Of a DNA stretch of 64,000 nt, positions 1-9,351 are shown piece by piece. How positions within the stretch are numbered: position 1 is the stretch's first letter; every line of letters begins with the position of its first letter. Below the pieces are notes generated by a model. That model worked only from the letters and a program-made list of their open reading frames with translations. It was not told where the DNA came from and made no database searches. The DNA lies in the IMG/VR virus record IMGVR_UViG_2816332320_000003, positions 1-64,000 of that record, one strand, 5' to 3'. The stretch comes from a virus. Its lineage: Duplodnaviria > Caudoviricetes. The position numbers were made by a program, and so were the translations under genes.

Positions 1-132
1 CTAGTTAATGGAAATGTCTTTTTCTTTGTTATAATATTTAGATAGAGATAACTTAACAATAACTTCAGCTACTTGTTTATAGTTAGGATTTGTGGCTTTA
101 ATAATGGTTACTTTAGGTGTACGTTTATTCAT
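1..132 (-). CDS. small hypothetical protein (43 aa)
   Basis: ATG at 132 after purine-rich RBS, TAG at 1-3; below ORF-track cutoff. Confidence 0.4.
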   Translation of the reverse strand: MNKRTPKVTIIKATNPNYKQVAEVIVKLSLSKYYNKEKDISIN

Positions 133-297
133 AGTACCACCCCTTGTAACCACCATTTATATTCAATGGAGTATCAGTAGTTACATTGTCCAAAATTATA
201 ATTTTCTTTGTTGTGCTTATCACACTTATCCCCCTAGATGATTTCACATCAATAACGGGGCGTCTTCGTTTTTTCAGATTTCTCCCCCTGTGCTAAT

Positions 298-957
298 CTA
301 CTTATCTCCAGCACATTTTAATAATGATTCAAGCCAATCAACTGTTTTTTTGATTGCCTCCTTTTTTAAATATCCTTTTGCACAGTACTTTTTTGTTGCT
401 AATAATGTAAATTCATTAATTTTATATCTATAGTTTGTTTTTAACTTTACCTGTTCGATCTTTACTCCAATTTCTCTACTGTCCTTACGACCAATACTTG
501 ATTTGCCAGTACGCACAGCAAAATCCCAGAAATCATTAATATGTATGAAGTAAGTCTCATTCTCATATACTTTCGTCTTCATTTTATGTTCTCGATAGTT
601 AACAACGAATCCAGCAATAACACCTTGGTATTTAACTGCTTGTCTCAACTCTTTAACCTGATTTGCCTTTATCATGACGTTGGTCGTTTTATTCTTAGGT
701 TTTTCTTCTGGTGAGCTTACACCTTCTATGTATGGATTGAAACTAATTGAAGCAGCTTTTGTACTTTTAAGTTCAAGCAGCCATAGAAATGGCATGGTAT
801 GTTGGATCGAATCGCAAATATTGGATGGTGTAAATGAAGATCCTTCTCCCTTAAGCCATTTGGCAGTATCCTTTAATCTCATGTAGTAATATTCAGATGA
901 CTTGTAACTGTCACGCCAATTCTCCTCAAATTTCTTCCCATCTTTTGTATTAGCCAT
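298..957 (-). CDS. recU: RecU-like Holliday junction resolvase
   Basis: GKKFE, CD, LELKST, QxxxL and AGFVV motifs typical of RecU PD-(D/E)XK fold. Confidence 0.75.
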   Translation of the reverse strand: MANTKDGKKFEENWRDSYKSSEYYYMRLKDTAKWLKGEGSSFTPSNICDSIQHTMPFLWLLELKSTKAASISFNPYIEGVSSPEEKPKNKTTNVMIKANQVKELRQAVKYQGVIAGFVVNYREHKMKTKVYENETYFIHINDFWDFAVRTGKSSIGRKDSREIGVKIEQVKLKTNYRYKINEFTLLATKKYCAKGYLKKEAIKKTVDWLESLLKCAGDK

Positions 958-996
958 TTATTCTCCTTATCCCGTGTGTCCCATAAAACATACATT

Positions 997-1563
997 TCAT
1001 TGTGTTTTCTGTTTAAAGAAATCCTCGAATCCCTCATGTTTACGTATGTATTCAATCACTTTATTTACATATGGCTTAAACTTCTTATTGTAAGGATTAA
1101 TACCAATGCTGCGATACGAATACATGTCTCTCTTGTCCTTGTAGTAACTTGCGGAAAGATAATATCTGTCTCCATAATTGTCGTTTCCTAGTGTCCTTAC
1201 CAGGATCTCAGTTTGCCTTGTTCCCTCATCCAACCAAATATAATGATGTAAGTGGAATGATCCGTCTTTTTCTAGATGAGGCTTTTTAAACTGATAAATG
1301 ACCCCATTTGAGTATTGATATTCAACATCTCGACTATGCATAAGACCACGGGGAATTTCAATTGGTTTACCATTGCTTTCAAAAGTATCTAATTCTGTTC
1401 GCTCTCTCTGTTCAATGGTTCGTAATTTAGAGTTTAACTGTCTAATTTCATTTGATACTCCTGATTTAGCCTGTCTTTTGCTCTTTTCATCAATGTCCAT
1501 TTGGTCTACCTGCTCACGAATTTTCTTTAGGTCTTCAATCTGTTTTAGTAATTGCTCTTTCAA
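997..1563 (-). CDS. hypothetical protein
   Basis: 188 aa ORF with RBS, N-terminal coiled coil. Confidence 0.7.
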   Translation of the reverse strand: MKEQLLKQIEDLKKIREQVDQMDIDEKSKRQAKSGVSNEIRQLNSKLRTIEQRERTELDTFESNGKPIEIPRGLMHSRDVEYQYSNGVIYQFKKPHLEKDGSFHLHHYIWLDEGTRQTEILVRTLGNDNYGDRYYLSASYYKDKRDMYSYRSIGINPYNKKFKPYVNKVIEYIRKHEGFEDFFKQKTQ

Positions 1564-1591
1564 ACATTCCTCTCCTTTTCAATGATAAATT

Positions 1592-1993
1592 TTATTTGTT
1601 TTCGCTTAAGTAATTAGCGACATCATCGAGTGACTTAAAATACTTTGCTCCATTTCTTTCAACTAATCTACCAACAGCGTCCAAATGTTTTAAATCTTGT
1701 TTCGTCATTGCAAGTTTGCCATTTGGCAATTCTTCATTGATTATACATACAATAGTTTCCTCAGGTCTTTTATTACTGTCGTCAACAACTTCTGCAATTG
1801 AATATGTGCTATATACTCTCGTAAGTGTATATAAAACGAAATCACATGTTTCTCTTTGTTTAATTTCTTCAACTTGACATTCAGGAGTCCAGTTTTTAAC
1901 AACTGGATTATAATATTTAATTTTCAATTTCGGAATTAACTTGTCTCTCCATTTACTGTTGGCGCAAGTGCCGCCCAAAAATACTTTTTTCAT
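1592..1993 (-). CDS. nucleoside 2-deoxyribosyltransferase-like protein
   Basis: KVFLGGT..WR, YNPVV..W, E...CD, SIAE motifs; GGAGG RBS before ATG 1993. Confidence 0.75.
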   Translation of the reverse strand: MKKVFLGGTCANSKWRDKLIPKLKIKYYNPVVKNWTPECQVEEIKQRETCDFVLYTLTRVYSTYSIAEVVDDSNKRPEETIVCIINEELPNGKLAMTKQDLKHLDAVGRLVERNGAKYFKSLDDVANYLSENK

Positions 1994-2020
1994 ATTCAAG
2001 CAATCCTCCACTAATATTTT

Positions 2021-2401
2021 CTAATCCAACTTCACTCTTACCTTAATACTTTTGAAATCATTTACTCGCTTCTGAATGCTCTTACTTCTATTATCATCCA
2101 ACTCATTTTTACTTTTCTTTTTAAAGTATTCCCTTATCACTTGTTCCACCCTTCGTTCTAATAATGAGGGATCATTTAGGTACTTTTCTACTTCATCACA
2201 ATAGTGATCGTAATCCTTGAACAAAATACTCATCTCATTAGTGTTATGTAAATTTAGGGTAGACACTAATGTTTCAGTTATTTTTGTACGAAAAAGCTTT
2301 CCTTCTTCCTTAAATTTCACAACCAGTTCTAGGCGTTCCCATCCACTTGAAATTGTTTCACCATCAATATAATGTAGATAAGCTTCTGTATCTACGAACA
2401 T
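2021..2401 (-). CDS. hypothetical protein
   Basis: ORF with RBS. Confidence 0.7.
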   Translation of the reverse strand: MFVDTEAYLHYIDGETISSGWERLELVVKFKEEGKLFRTKITETLVSTLNLHNTNEMSILFKDYDHYCDEVEKYLNDPSLLERRVEQVIREYFKKKSKNELDDNRSKSIQKRVNDFKSIKVRVKLD

Positions 2402-2418
2402 ATAACTTCCCCTTTTTT

Positions 2419-2871
2419 TTATTCTTTTGTTGTTGGAGCCAGATTGTATCTTTGAACCAAACTATCTATGTATTCATCACCTAAGTAGCCCCTTAATTCC
2501 TCTAGTTCTTCATATGTATAATCTGCAAACTCATCCCATTCGCCTGTTTCTTTCCAATTTTCAAAAGCTTTTTGTGGATCTTTAGTAAAGCACATCTCTG
2601 TATAATCTTGCATGAAACCGTCTGGGACGAATTTAAATGTCTTTACGATTTCAAGTAAGCATGCATCACACAAATCAAACCCCCATCTCTCTAGATCGAA
2701 TGCACTGCCATAACCGAAGCTAAGGTTTATATTTTGATAATTCTGCCCGAAACAATAATCTTCCTCAGTCTTGATGGATTCTTTTCCGCACTTATTACAA
2801 ATCAGAGATTCACTGACAACAATTTCTTTTTCTTCTGTGACGATTCTCTTTTCCGTTAATACTTTTTGCAT
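2419..2871 (-). CDS. hypothetical protein with two CxxC (Zn ribbon)
   Basis: CNKC and DLCDAC. Confidence 0.7.
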   Translation of the reverse strand: MQKVLTEKRIVTEEKEIVVSESLICNKCGKESIKTEEDYCFGQNYQNINLSFGYGSAFDLERWGFDLCDACLLEIVKTFKFVPDGFMQDYTEMCFTKDPQKAFENWKETGEWDEFADYTYEELEELRGYLGDEYIDSLVQRYNLAPTTKE

Positions 2872-2909
2872 GTTATCATCTCCTAATCAAACTAAGGTTT
2901 TATTTAGAA

Positions 2910-3251
2910 TTATGCAAAAGCCAAATTTACAACGTTGTTCGAATTTCCAATAAGCCTAACCACGAAACGATCAAATTTTGACTTATTTAACGAATAAGCT
3001 TTGTTCTTGCGCCAGTTCGTGTATACATGTTTCGATTCTGTGTATACAACAATTTTATTAATTTTATTTTCTAATAGCCAATCCATCATCTTATTAAATG
3101 CCATCATTTCTATTTCAGTACTGCTCCTTTTGCTATCTAATAGTTCATAATTTTGATATTCCAGATTGCCTTTTAAGTCAGTAATTGTAATCGATAACGT
3201 TGACTTTTTGTTAATTGACTGTGATAGACCATCAATATATGCTCGTAGCAT
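2910..3251 (-). CDS. RNase H-like domain protein, probably degenerate
   Basis: AYIDG, EMMA, VYTES, but NLA where active enzymes have ADxLA. Confidence 0.6.
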   Translation of the reverse strand: MLRAYIDGLSQSINKKSTLSITITDLKGNLEYQNYELLDSKRSSTEIEMMAFNKMMDWLLENKINKIVVYTESKHVYTNWRKNKAYSLNKSKFDRFVVRLIGNSNNVVNLAFA

Positions 3252-3252
3252 C

Positions 3253-3975
3253 CTATACCTCCTTTGCTTTAACGTTATACTCTTTTAATCCTTCATTCGT
3301 AATTTCCAAGCAATTCAATTGATGCCCATATGCAGCAGCTCCATCGATTCCAATCTTGTTTTCCCAGTACCAAATGTCAGCCTTGCCATGTAGATGAACG
3401 CATGGTGTGTGTCCGAATACTATTGTTTTATCTGTGTTCACCTTACCATTGTGAAACTCTTCTCTAATCCAAATCATCTCACTGTATGGAGTAAGCCTCC
3501 AGTTTTCATATGTGGGGTTTAATCCTGCGTGAACAAAGATATAGTCATCTTCTTCATGGTAGTATGGAAGCTCACTTAGGAAACTAATGTGGTGATTGAA
3601 ATTTTTAAGAATGAATCTCTTGGCTTTCACCGTATCGATTCCTGCATCAAAGAAGTCTAAGCCACAATAGGATTCGACTGTTTGTAACCCCCCATTCCTG
3701 AAGAAATTGAACTCGTTCATTCCATCGTTTGTAAGTAACCAGTCCAAGAACATTTTGTCATGATTGCCGACTAACGCGACCGCACCATATGTATTTACTA
3801 GTTCTATAACTTTATTCAATACCTGCTTGCTATATCGACCCCTGTCTACATAATCACCAAGGAGAATTAGTCTGTCTTGCGTTGGATCATACGCCACTTT
3901 CTCTAACATCTTGGTGAATAGATCATGGCACCCATGTAAATCACTCATGACAAGCATTCTTCGGTAAATACTCAA
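3253..3975 (-). CDS. metallophosphoesterase (Ser/Thr protein phosphatase family)
   Basis: SDLHG, GDYVDRG, GNHD, FVHAG, FGHTP, IDG motifs. Confidence 0.9.
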   Translation of the reverse strand: MSIYRRMLVMSDLHGCHDLFTKMLEKVAYDPTQDRLILLGDYVDRGRYSKQVLNKVIELVNTYGAVALVGNHDKMFLDWLLTNDGMNEFNFFRNGGLQTVESYCGLDFFDAGIDTVKAKRFILKNFNHHISFLSELPYYHEEDDYIFVHAGLNPTYENWRLTPYSEMIWIREEFHNGKVNTDKTIVFGHTPCVHLHGKADIWYWENKIGIDGAAAYGHQLNCLEITNEGLKEYNVKAKEV

Positions 3976-3987
3976 TCAATCATCTCC

Positions 3988-4266
3988 TTATTTGAGTACA
4001 TAGGTTGGAGTATTGTCATACTCATAATGATTTTCTTTGTCATGCCAACCTTTCTCATAACCCGCTATGTATCCATCATTAAAGCCATCTTCAGCTCCCT
4101 TTTCATACTGGTCTTGTGCATTTTTGAAATGGAGCATCTCTAGTAACAGACTTAAATCATTAGATGACAGTCCATCTTGACCACTATTTCTATCAAAAAG
4201 AAACCATCCAATCTTCCTCAAATCTTGTGATTCTGAGTTGATTAGTTCATTAATTTTACCTTGCAT
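3988..4266 (-). CDS. hypothetical protein with GxxxG repeats
   Basis: YEKGAEDGFNDGYIAGYEKG. Confidence 0.65.
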   Translation of the reverse strand: MQGKINELINSESQDLRKIGWFLFDRNSGQDGLSSNDLSLLLEMLHFKNAQDQYEKGAEDGFNDGYIAGYEKGWHDKENHYEYDNTPTYVLK

Positions 4267-4297
4267 AATAGCCTCCTTCCCCCATCAAATCAGCATT

Positions 4298-4651
4298 TTA
4301 TTCAAATAACTTCGGTTTAAAATACTGTGGTCTTTTATATCCATTAAAAAACATCTCTCTTTGGTAGCCATAAGGCAAGTCACTGAACACCTTGTCTTCT
4401 GTGACAGAATATCGATTCATAAGCTCGTGTAGAATTTCAATGCTTTCTTGCTTAGTCATTCTTTTATCAGTGTTCTTTAAACTTACCAATTGATATTCAC
4501 CATCATACTCTTTAGCAATTACAATGAATTTAGTTGGCTCTTTAATGCCTACATCCATACCAATGTAATAATTTGGTTTGAGGAATTTTTTGTATATGTG
4601 TAATTTAAAAGATTGCCATTTTCCTTTAAGCCATCTCAGAATCTTCTTCAT
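4298..4651 (-). CDS. hypothetical protein
   Basis: ORF with GGAGG RBS; stop inside palindrome arm. Confidence 0.7.
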   Translation of the reverse strand: MKKILRWLKGKWQSFKLHIYKKFLKPNYYIGMDVGIKEPTKFIVIAKEYDGEYQLVSLKNTDKRMTKQESIEILHELMNRYSVTEDKVFSDLPYGYQREMFFNGYKRPQYFKPKLFE

Positions 4652-4673
4652 TTACCCTCCAGAATGTATTCAT

Positions 4674-4964
4674 TTATTTTACCTTATTAAAAACCAACCT
4701 CTCTCCACTTACATGCATCTGCACTCGATCATTGGAACGAACTCTATATGTATGACTAAACTGTTGAGGAAACCTAATCTTATTATCCTTCACCAGAATG
4801 CCACTTCGTTTCTCATTAGTTTTAACTAAAGCAAAGTATCCAGTTCCAATTCTGAGTTTCAACCAATCACCATTATCAATGCACAACTCATCCATCATAA
4901 ATGTAGGAATCTTCATAAGCACGTTATAATCATCCCCTTTTAGATTTTGTTCAAATACTGTCAT
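4674..4964 (-). CDS. AbrB/MazE-like swapped-hairpin DNA-binding protein (tandem domains)
   Basis: MKIP..MDEL.I.NGD.L and IRFP......V..NDRV repeats. Confidence 0.55.
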   Translation of the reverse strand: MTVFEQNLKGDDYNVLMKIPTFMMDELCIDNGDWLKLRIGTGYFALVKTNEKRSGILVKDNKIRFPQQFSHTYRVRSNDRVQMHVSGERLVFNKVK

Positions 4965-5032
4965 TCAGTTTATAATCTACCCTCCTATTTTGATTAGTCA
5001 CATCAATTATTTTAGATTCATTCCGTTGAGCA

Positions 5033-5236
5033 TTATGTTACATTGCCTTCTTTGTTTAGGACTCCATACATTGCTCCAAACTTCTCAATACATAACTTCT
5101 TGAAGCAATCACTATCATCACAAACTATGTATTCGTCAAGCTGATATGTCTGATCACCTTCAAATAACACTTGTTTACATATGCATTTTGTAACAGGTAA
5201 TTCATTTAATTCTTCATATTCAAAATTATCCATCAT
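5033..5236 (-). CDS. small Cys-rich hypothetical protein
   Basis: ORF overlapping tdk stop. Confidence 0.6.
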   Translation of the reverse strand: MMDNFEYEELNELPVTKCICKQVLFEGDQTYQLDEYIVCDDSDCFKKLCIEKFGAMYGVLNKEGNVT

Positions 5237-5817
5237 TCATCACCTTCCATAGGAACCTTATGGTAGTGTCTCCTGCAAACAGATTTGTATTTGTCATTCA
5301 ATCCAATATCGATTACTTTGCCTGTGTAGACTGGTTTTCCATCTGTGAATTTAAGTATATGTGTGGCTTTTCTAGTGCAATATGAGCAAATTGTTTTTAT
5401 TTCCTCAACCTTATCTGCAACACACAATAGAGCATGACTGCCGAGGAATAACTGGTTGCGGAAATCCTTAAGCAGACCGTAACAGATAACAGGAATATTA
5501 AGCCAGTCAACAATCTCCGCTAATTGATTAACATGCTTACTTTCAAGGAATTGAACTTCATCGATTAGTACACAACTAGGAAGACTTTTTGCAACCAAAG
5601 TGTAAATATCAGTACTACTATGTATTGGAATAGCTTCACGACTAATACCAGCTCTTGAAGTAACCCTACCTACTCCAAATCTGTCATCTAATGCTGGCGT
5701 GAAGATCATGACTTTCTTACCTGACTCCTCATAGTTATGGGCTGAGGTCAATAATTGGAGAGACTTAGATGCTGACATTTGACCATACTTAAAAATCAGC
5801 TTACTTATAATATTCAC
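5233..5817 (-). CDS. tdk: thymidine kinase
   Basis: YGQMSASKS P-loop, SRAG, IDEVQF, YGL.KDF, CSYC..CRRH zinc lasso; start may be ATA near 5808. Confidence 0.95.
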   Translation of the reverse strand: MNIISKLIFKYGQMSASKSLQLLTSAHNYEESGKKVMIFTPALDDRFGVGRVTSRAGISREAIPIHSSTDIYTLVAKSLPSCVLIDEVQFLESKHVNQLAEIVDWLNIPVICYGLLKDFRNQLFLGSHALLCVADKVEEIKTICSYCTRKATHILKFTDGKPVYTGKVIDIGLNDKYKSVCRRHYHKVPMEGDE

Positions 5818-5833
5818 CTCTTATATTTTTAGA

Positions 5834-5860
5834 TTATATATTGACTTTCTACACTGCCAA
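5834..5860 (-). promoter_or_regulatory. putative sigma-A promoter upstream of tdk
   Basis: TTGGCA-N16-TATAAT on minus strand. Confidence 0.45.
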
Positions 5861-5913
5861 TAGTTCATAAGATATTTGACAGTGTTTATAAACAACGACT
5901 ATAATTTGTACCA

Positions 5914-5942
5914 GATAGGCAAGATTCGCGGTCTTGCCTATC
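5914..5942. terminator. stem-loop, possible terminator
   Basis: GATAGGCAAGA-7nt-TCTTGCCTATC; weak U tail. Confidence 0.5.
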
Positions 5943-5984
5943 ATTAGTGCTAAATAAAGTACTAATTTCCATGAATGGTTTGTC

Positions 5985-6263
5985 TTAATGGCAAGCCTTT
6001 TTTTCTTTTATAAGGACATAACTTGATTGCTCTGGTTCATCCTCATTGAATGTCCACTTTACCAAACCTTCATATGTATTTACTAGACCTTCGAAAACCT
6101 TACCTGTTGCTGCTCCATGTTGCTTAAGATCGTCAATTGTTGGTACTACTGGATTGGGATCTAGAGTAAGAGCGTACAGTTCATCGTCAGTAATTTCAGA
6201 CTCGCACAAATCGCCAGAATCATTAAAGTTGCAAAGATACAGATGAGTGACTTCGGTTTCCAT
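5985..6263 (-). CDS. hypothetical protein
   Basis: ORF with RBS. Confidence 0.65.
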   Translation of the reverse strand: METEVTHLYLCNFNDSGDLCESEITDDELYALTLDPNPVVPTIDDLKQHGAATGKVFEGLVNTYEGLVKWTFNEDEPEQSSYVLIKEKKACH

Positions 6264-6331
6264 TATTAGACCCCCTATTTTGTGGTGTGACTTGGTGTGG
6301 TTCGATTTGTTTTACATGACAAAGCACCTCC

Positions 6332-6958
6332 TTAAAATTTATTGCGAAATATTGTGGTTTTGTGTTCATTAAGCATATCCAAACAAAATTTCAGCCTATA
6401 AACTGCTTCAATTTCTTCATGAGACAGTCCTGATGGATCAAGAATTATCCTGTTTATAAATCTCCTTAGTTGCTTATCATCGATGTAGTCGTTAACCTTT
6501 TCTAAGATTGAGCGTATGTGGGAAATTTTCTGCCATGGTTGCATATTTCTATAACTGTGCTCTCTAACCCTATCTTCGTATCCTGTACTTGTCTCCCTAA
6601 TAACTCTTGAAGTTTTAATAGCCTCTTTCTCTCTTTGAATCCTAACGAACTCTTCCATATCAGGCAATTGTAAATCATTAACTTCTGCTAATAGTGTCAT
6701 TGTAGGATGAAACCTCTTATCGCCTTCTGAATCTGTTCGCAGAACAAATCCTTGCTTAACCTTGTCTAGGTTCCATAGTGCTGATCTATACTTGCCCTTA
6801 TTGTAATCATCAGGCTCTATATACTTTTCAAGTTCTTGCTCTGTGAACGATTTTAATGTGCTGAATGATAATCCTTGAGGATATTGAGCAAGAATTTTCA
6901 GTGCTACAATTCTTATTACTTCTGATGCTGTGTATTTTCTTGTCATCATATCCTCCAA
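6332..6958 (-). CDS. hypothetical protein, possible N-terminal winged helix; has own promoters
   Basis: 208 aa ORF; GGAGG RBS suggests start near 6946-6949. Confidence 0.7.
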   Translation of the reverse strand: MEDMMTRKYTASEVIRIVALKILAQYPQGLSFSTLKSFTEQELEKYIEPDDYNKGKYRSALWNLDKVKQGFVLRTDSEGDKRFHPTMTLLAEVNDLQLPDMEEFVRIQREKEAIKTSRVIRETSTGYEDRVREHSYRNMQPWQKISHIRSILEKVNDYIDDKQLRRFINRIILDPSGLSHEEIEAVYRLKFCLDMLNEHKTTIFRNKF

Positions 6959-6986
6959 CTTTTAACGATCTTAGATTTCTAAGAAC

Positions 6987-7015
6987 ATTATATGATGGAG
7001 AAGTTTGGTAGTCAA
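6987..7015 (-). promoter_or_regulatory. sigma-A promoter
   Basis: TTGACT-N17-TATAAT. Confidence 0.65.
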
Positions 7016-7069
7016 CTGTACTGGTAAAACTATGATCATTTCTGAACACTCTTAAAATAGTGATGTCAC

Positions 7070-7099
7070 ATAATAATTTATTTACCCTATGTATGTCAA
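7070..7099 (-). promoter_or_regulatory. second sigma-A promoter
   Basis: TTGACA-N18-TATTAT. Confidence 0.5.
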
Positions 7100-7119
7100 T
7101 ATATAATCAAATAGGACTT

Positions 7120-7383
7120 TTATTGTAGCTTGTTAAGCTGTGCAATCACTGATGGATGTCCAATTATCTGATTTCCCATTTGAATCAAATCCTTTTTTGG
7201 CACCTCATAACATCCATATCTCTTGCCCCACTTTTTGTTGATGCGAGTTTTTCTATGGCTCTTCTTCTGTATACAATCTACTAACAAAGGGTCTTCAATT
7301 ATTCCATAGCCCATCAATTTAAGTAACGAGTACTTGTTAAACTTCGCACTTTTAAGTGTTCCAACTCCAGAAGTACCTAACAT
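7120..7383 (-). CDS. hypothetical protein
   Basis: ORF between palindromes 7106 and 7399. Confidence 0.65.
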   Translation of the reverse strand: MLGTSGVGTLKSAKFNKYSLLKLMGYGIIEDPLLVDCIQKKSHRKTRINKKWGKRYGCYEVPKKDLIQMGNQIIGHPSVIAQLNKLQ

Positions 7384-7432
7384 ATATTTCCCTTTCTCAT
7401 GAAATGATAATTATATTTACAATTCTAATAAC

Positions 7433-7663
7433 TTAATAGTCTCGATAATAAAATGGTTTCGGCGGTAATGGAATTCTAGCAGATGGATGATCGCATCTCT
7501 CGTATAACTCACAAGGGGACATATCAACTAGCTTGAAATTTCCTTTTCTGCAATGTCTCTGGACAGTTTTCCCCTTAGTAACTGATTTATTAGGATGGAG
7601 TATGTCACTTGTTTTATGTTCCATATAGTAATGGCAAGTTTCGCAATTTCCTGAGCTTTTCAA
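7433..7663 (-). CDS. Cys-rich hypothetical protein
   Basis: CETC..C..C. Confidence 0.55.
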   Translation of the reverse strand: MKSSGNCETCHYYMEHKTSDILHPNKSVTKGKTVQRHCRKGNFKLVDMSPCELYERCDHPSARIPLPPKPFYYRDY

Positions 7664-7694
7664 TTACATCCCACCAGTCTCGCTTATAGAATTT

Positions 7695-7973
7695 TTACTC
7701 ATACATTTCTCCTTCAATCCATCTAGTATTTTCATCTAATACTTTGAATGGTATCCATTCCAACACCCAAGGACTTTCATCCTCAAACCCCTCTTCAGGT
7801 GAATAATACGAAACCTGAACAACATCATCTACAATATCTACTTCATCAATCTTAAATAGATATTCCCCTTGCAACCCAATTACTGAGCCATCCATCTTAA
7901 ATTGCTTACCTATGTATTGCTTTGCTGCTTTTCTGAGCTTAAGGTATTCTGATCTTACTTCAGTTAATTTCAA
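7695..7973 (-). CDS. hypothetical protein
   Basis: ORF with RBS. Confidence 0.65.
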   Translation of the reverse strand: MKLTEVRSEYLKLRKAAKQYIGKQFKMDGSVIGLQGEYLFKIDEVDIVDDVVQVSYYSPEEGFEDESPWVLEWIPFKVLDENTRWIEGEMYE

Positions 7974-8023
7974 TTTTTATTTCCCTTTCCATTTAAGTTG
8001 TAAAAGTACCATTTGATCAGGTT

Positions 8024-8563
8024 TTACCTGACTACTACTCTTCTCTTTTTCTCCTTATATTTAAAATTGAAGTCAAATTTATGAGGCTGCACAACATATG
8101 TATCCACTTTATTTGATTCTATTTTTTTATGTTTATTCTTTCTCCTTCTTCTCTTCTTTGCCCCCACCATACAGATTACATTTGGTTTTCCCTTCGATAA
8201 CTTGTCCGCAACTTTATTCTCATTTCTTGTTATCCAATTGAATGTAATCTGATTGAATCTTTCGACACATGTTAATACTGATTTAAACACTACTTCATAA
8301 GAACTTCTTTTTGACTGTCCACTTAGAGTGTCTATTACATTTCTACTGTCACCATATACCTCAACCTCCTCGATACTTAAAGCTTGCAGAGAATTCAGTA
8401 GTAAATCTAATGCAATCCATTCTGCATGATTACTATCAACCGCCAATTTATCATTGAACACTGCCTTTTGGACAACCTTTCCTTTATTGTCATATACAAT
8501 GAATGCAGCAGTTGCAGTTTTAGAATTCCACTCGTAAGATGCGTCAAAGTAAGCCTTGTGCAT
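8024..8563 (-). CDS. ribonuclease HI family protein
   Basis: YFDAS, SNHAEW, YGDS, WITRNENKVADKLS: complete DEDD set. Confidence 0.85.
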   Translation of the reverse strand: MHKAYFDASYEWNSKTATAAFIVYDNKGKVVQKAVFNDKLAVDSNHAEWIALDLLLNSLQALSIEEVEVYGDSRNVIDTLSGQSKRSSYEVVFKSVLTCVERFNQITFNWITRNENKVADKLSKGKPNVICMVGAKKRRRRKNKHKKIESNKVDTYVVQPHKFDFNFKYKEKKRRVVVR

Positions 8564-8604
8564 TTAATCCTCTCTCTCCTTTCATTGCAGAAGAGCGTTG
8601 CTTG

Positions 8605-8763
8605 CTAAGTTATGTATTTGATGTGCCACGCCCCACTTGTCCATTGGTAACAAACAGGCTTAGTAAAATACTCTTTGCTCTCATCAACGTAGTATACATC
8701 ACCCTCCTTAGCTTGATTTGGTAAGTCTCTTAAATAGCTTACTGTGTATGAATGTGTAGTCAT
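8605..8763 (-). CDS. small hypothetical protein
   Basis: AAGGAG RBS before ATG 8763. Confidence 0.5.
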   Translation of the reverse strand: MTTHSYTVSYLRDLPNQAKEGDVYYVDESKEYFTKPVCYQWTSGAWHIKYIT

Positions 8764-8814
8764 GTTAGCTCCTTGAAATGAAAAAGATCCTATCAAGTTT
8801 TACCTTGTAGAATC

Positions 8815-8843
8815 ATATTATCATTTATTTTAAGTTATTACAA
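8815..8843 (-). promoter_or_regulatory. promoter overlapped by 22-bp operator-like motif (8819-8840)
   Basis: TTGTAA-N17-TAATAT with TG; TAATAACTTAAAATAAATGATA identical to 60889-60910. Confidence 0.65.
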
Positions 8844-8862
8844 TGGTTTTTATCAGATTTTT

Positions 8863-9351
8863 TTAGTTAATATTTCGCTCATACATTTTGAAATAGTAAT
8901 CATAAGAATTCTTGTCATCTTTTATACCCTTTGTATTGCTAAAAAGAGTCCACTTGCTCATATCCACTTCGGGGAAAAAGACATTCCCCTCAAACTCATA
9001 ATCAATCTCAGTGATGTACAGTCTATCTGCATAAGGCAAGAACTCCTTGTAGATTTGTGAACCACCGATCACAAACACTTCCTCTAGATTGCTATGTTTA
9101 TTCAATATGTCTTTGACTGAATTGTATACATAGCACCCTTCAGCTTTATAGTTTGACTTCGAAGTCAGGATGACATTTGTGCGATTTGCAAGTGGTTTCT
9201 TGAATGACTCAAACGTCTTCCGACCCTGAATTACAACTTTACCAAGTGTCTTCTCTTTAAAATACGCCAAGTCTTTTGGGAGATTCCACGGGAGATTATC
9301 ATCAATCCCTATAAGTCGATTTCGGTCATAAGCTGCAATGATTGAAATCAC
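8863..9351 (-). CDS. dfrA: dihydrofolate reductase
   Basis: IG..N.LPW.LP.DL.YFK, GRKTFES, PL.NR.N, VIGG. Confidence 0.95.
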   Translation of the reverse strand: MISIIAAYDRNRLIGIDDNLPWNLPKDLAYFKEKTLGKVVIQGRKTFESFKKPLANRTNVILTSKSNYKAEGCYVYNSVKDILNKHSNLEEVFVIGGSQIYKEFLPYADRLYITEIDYEFEGNVFFPEVDMSKWTLFSNTKGIKDDKNSYDYYFKMYERNIN

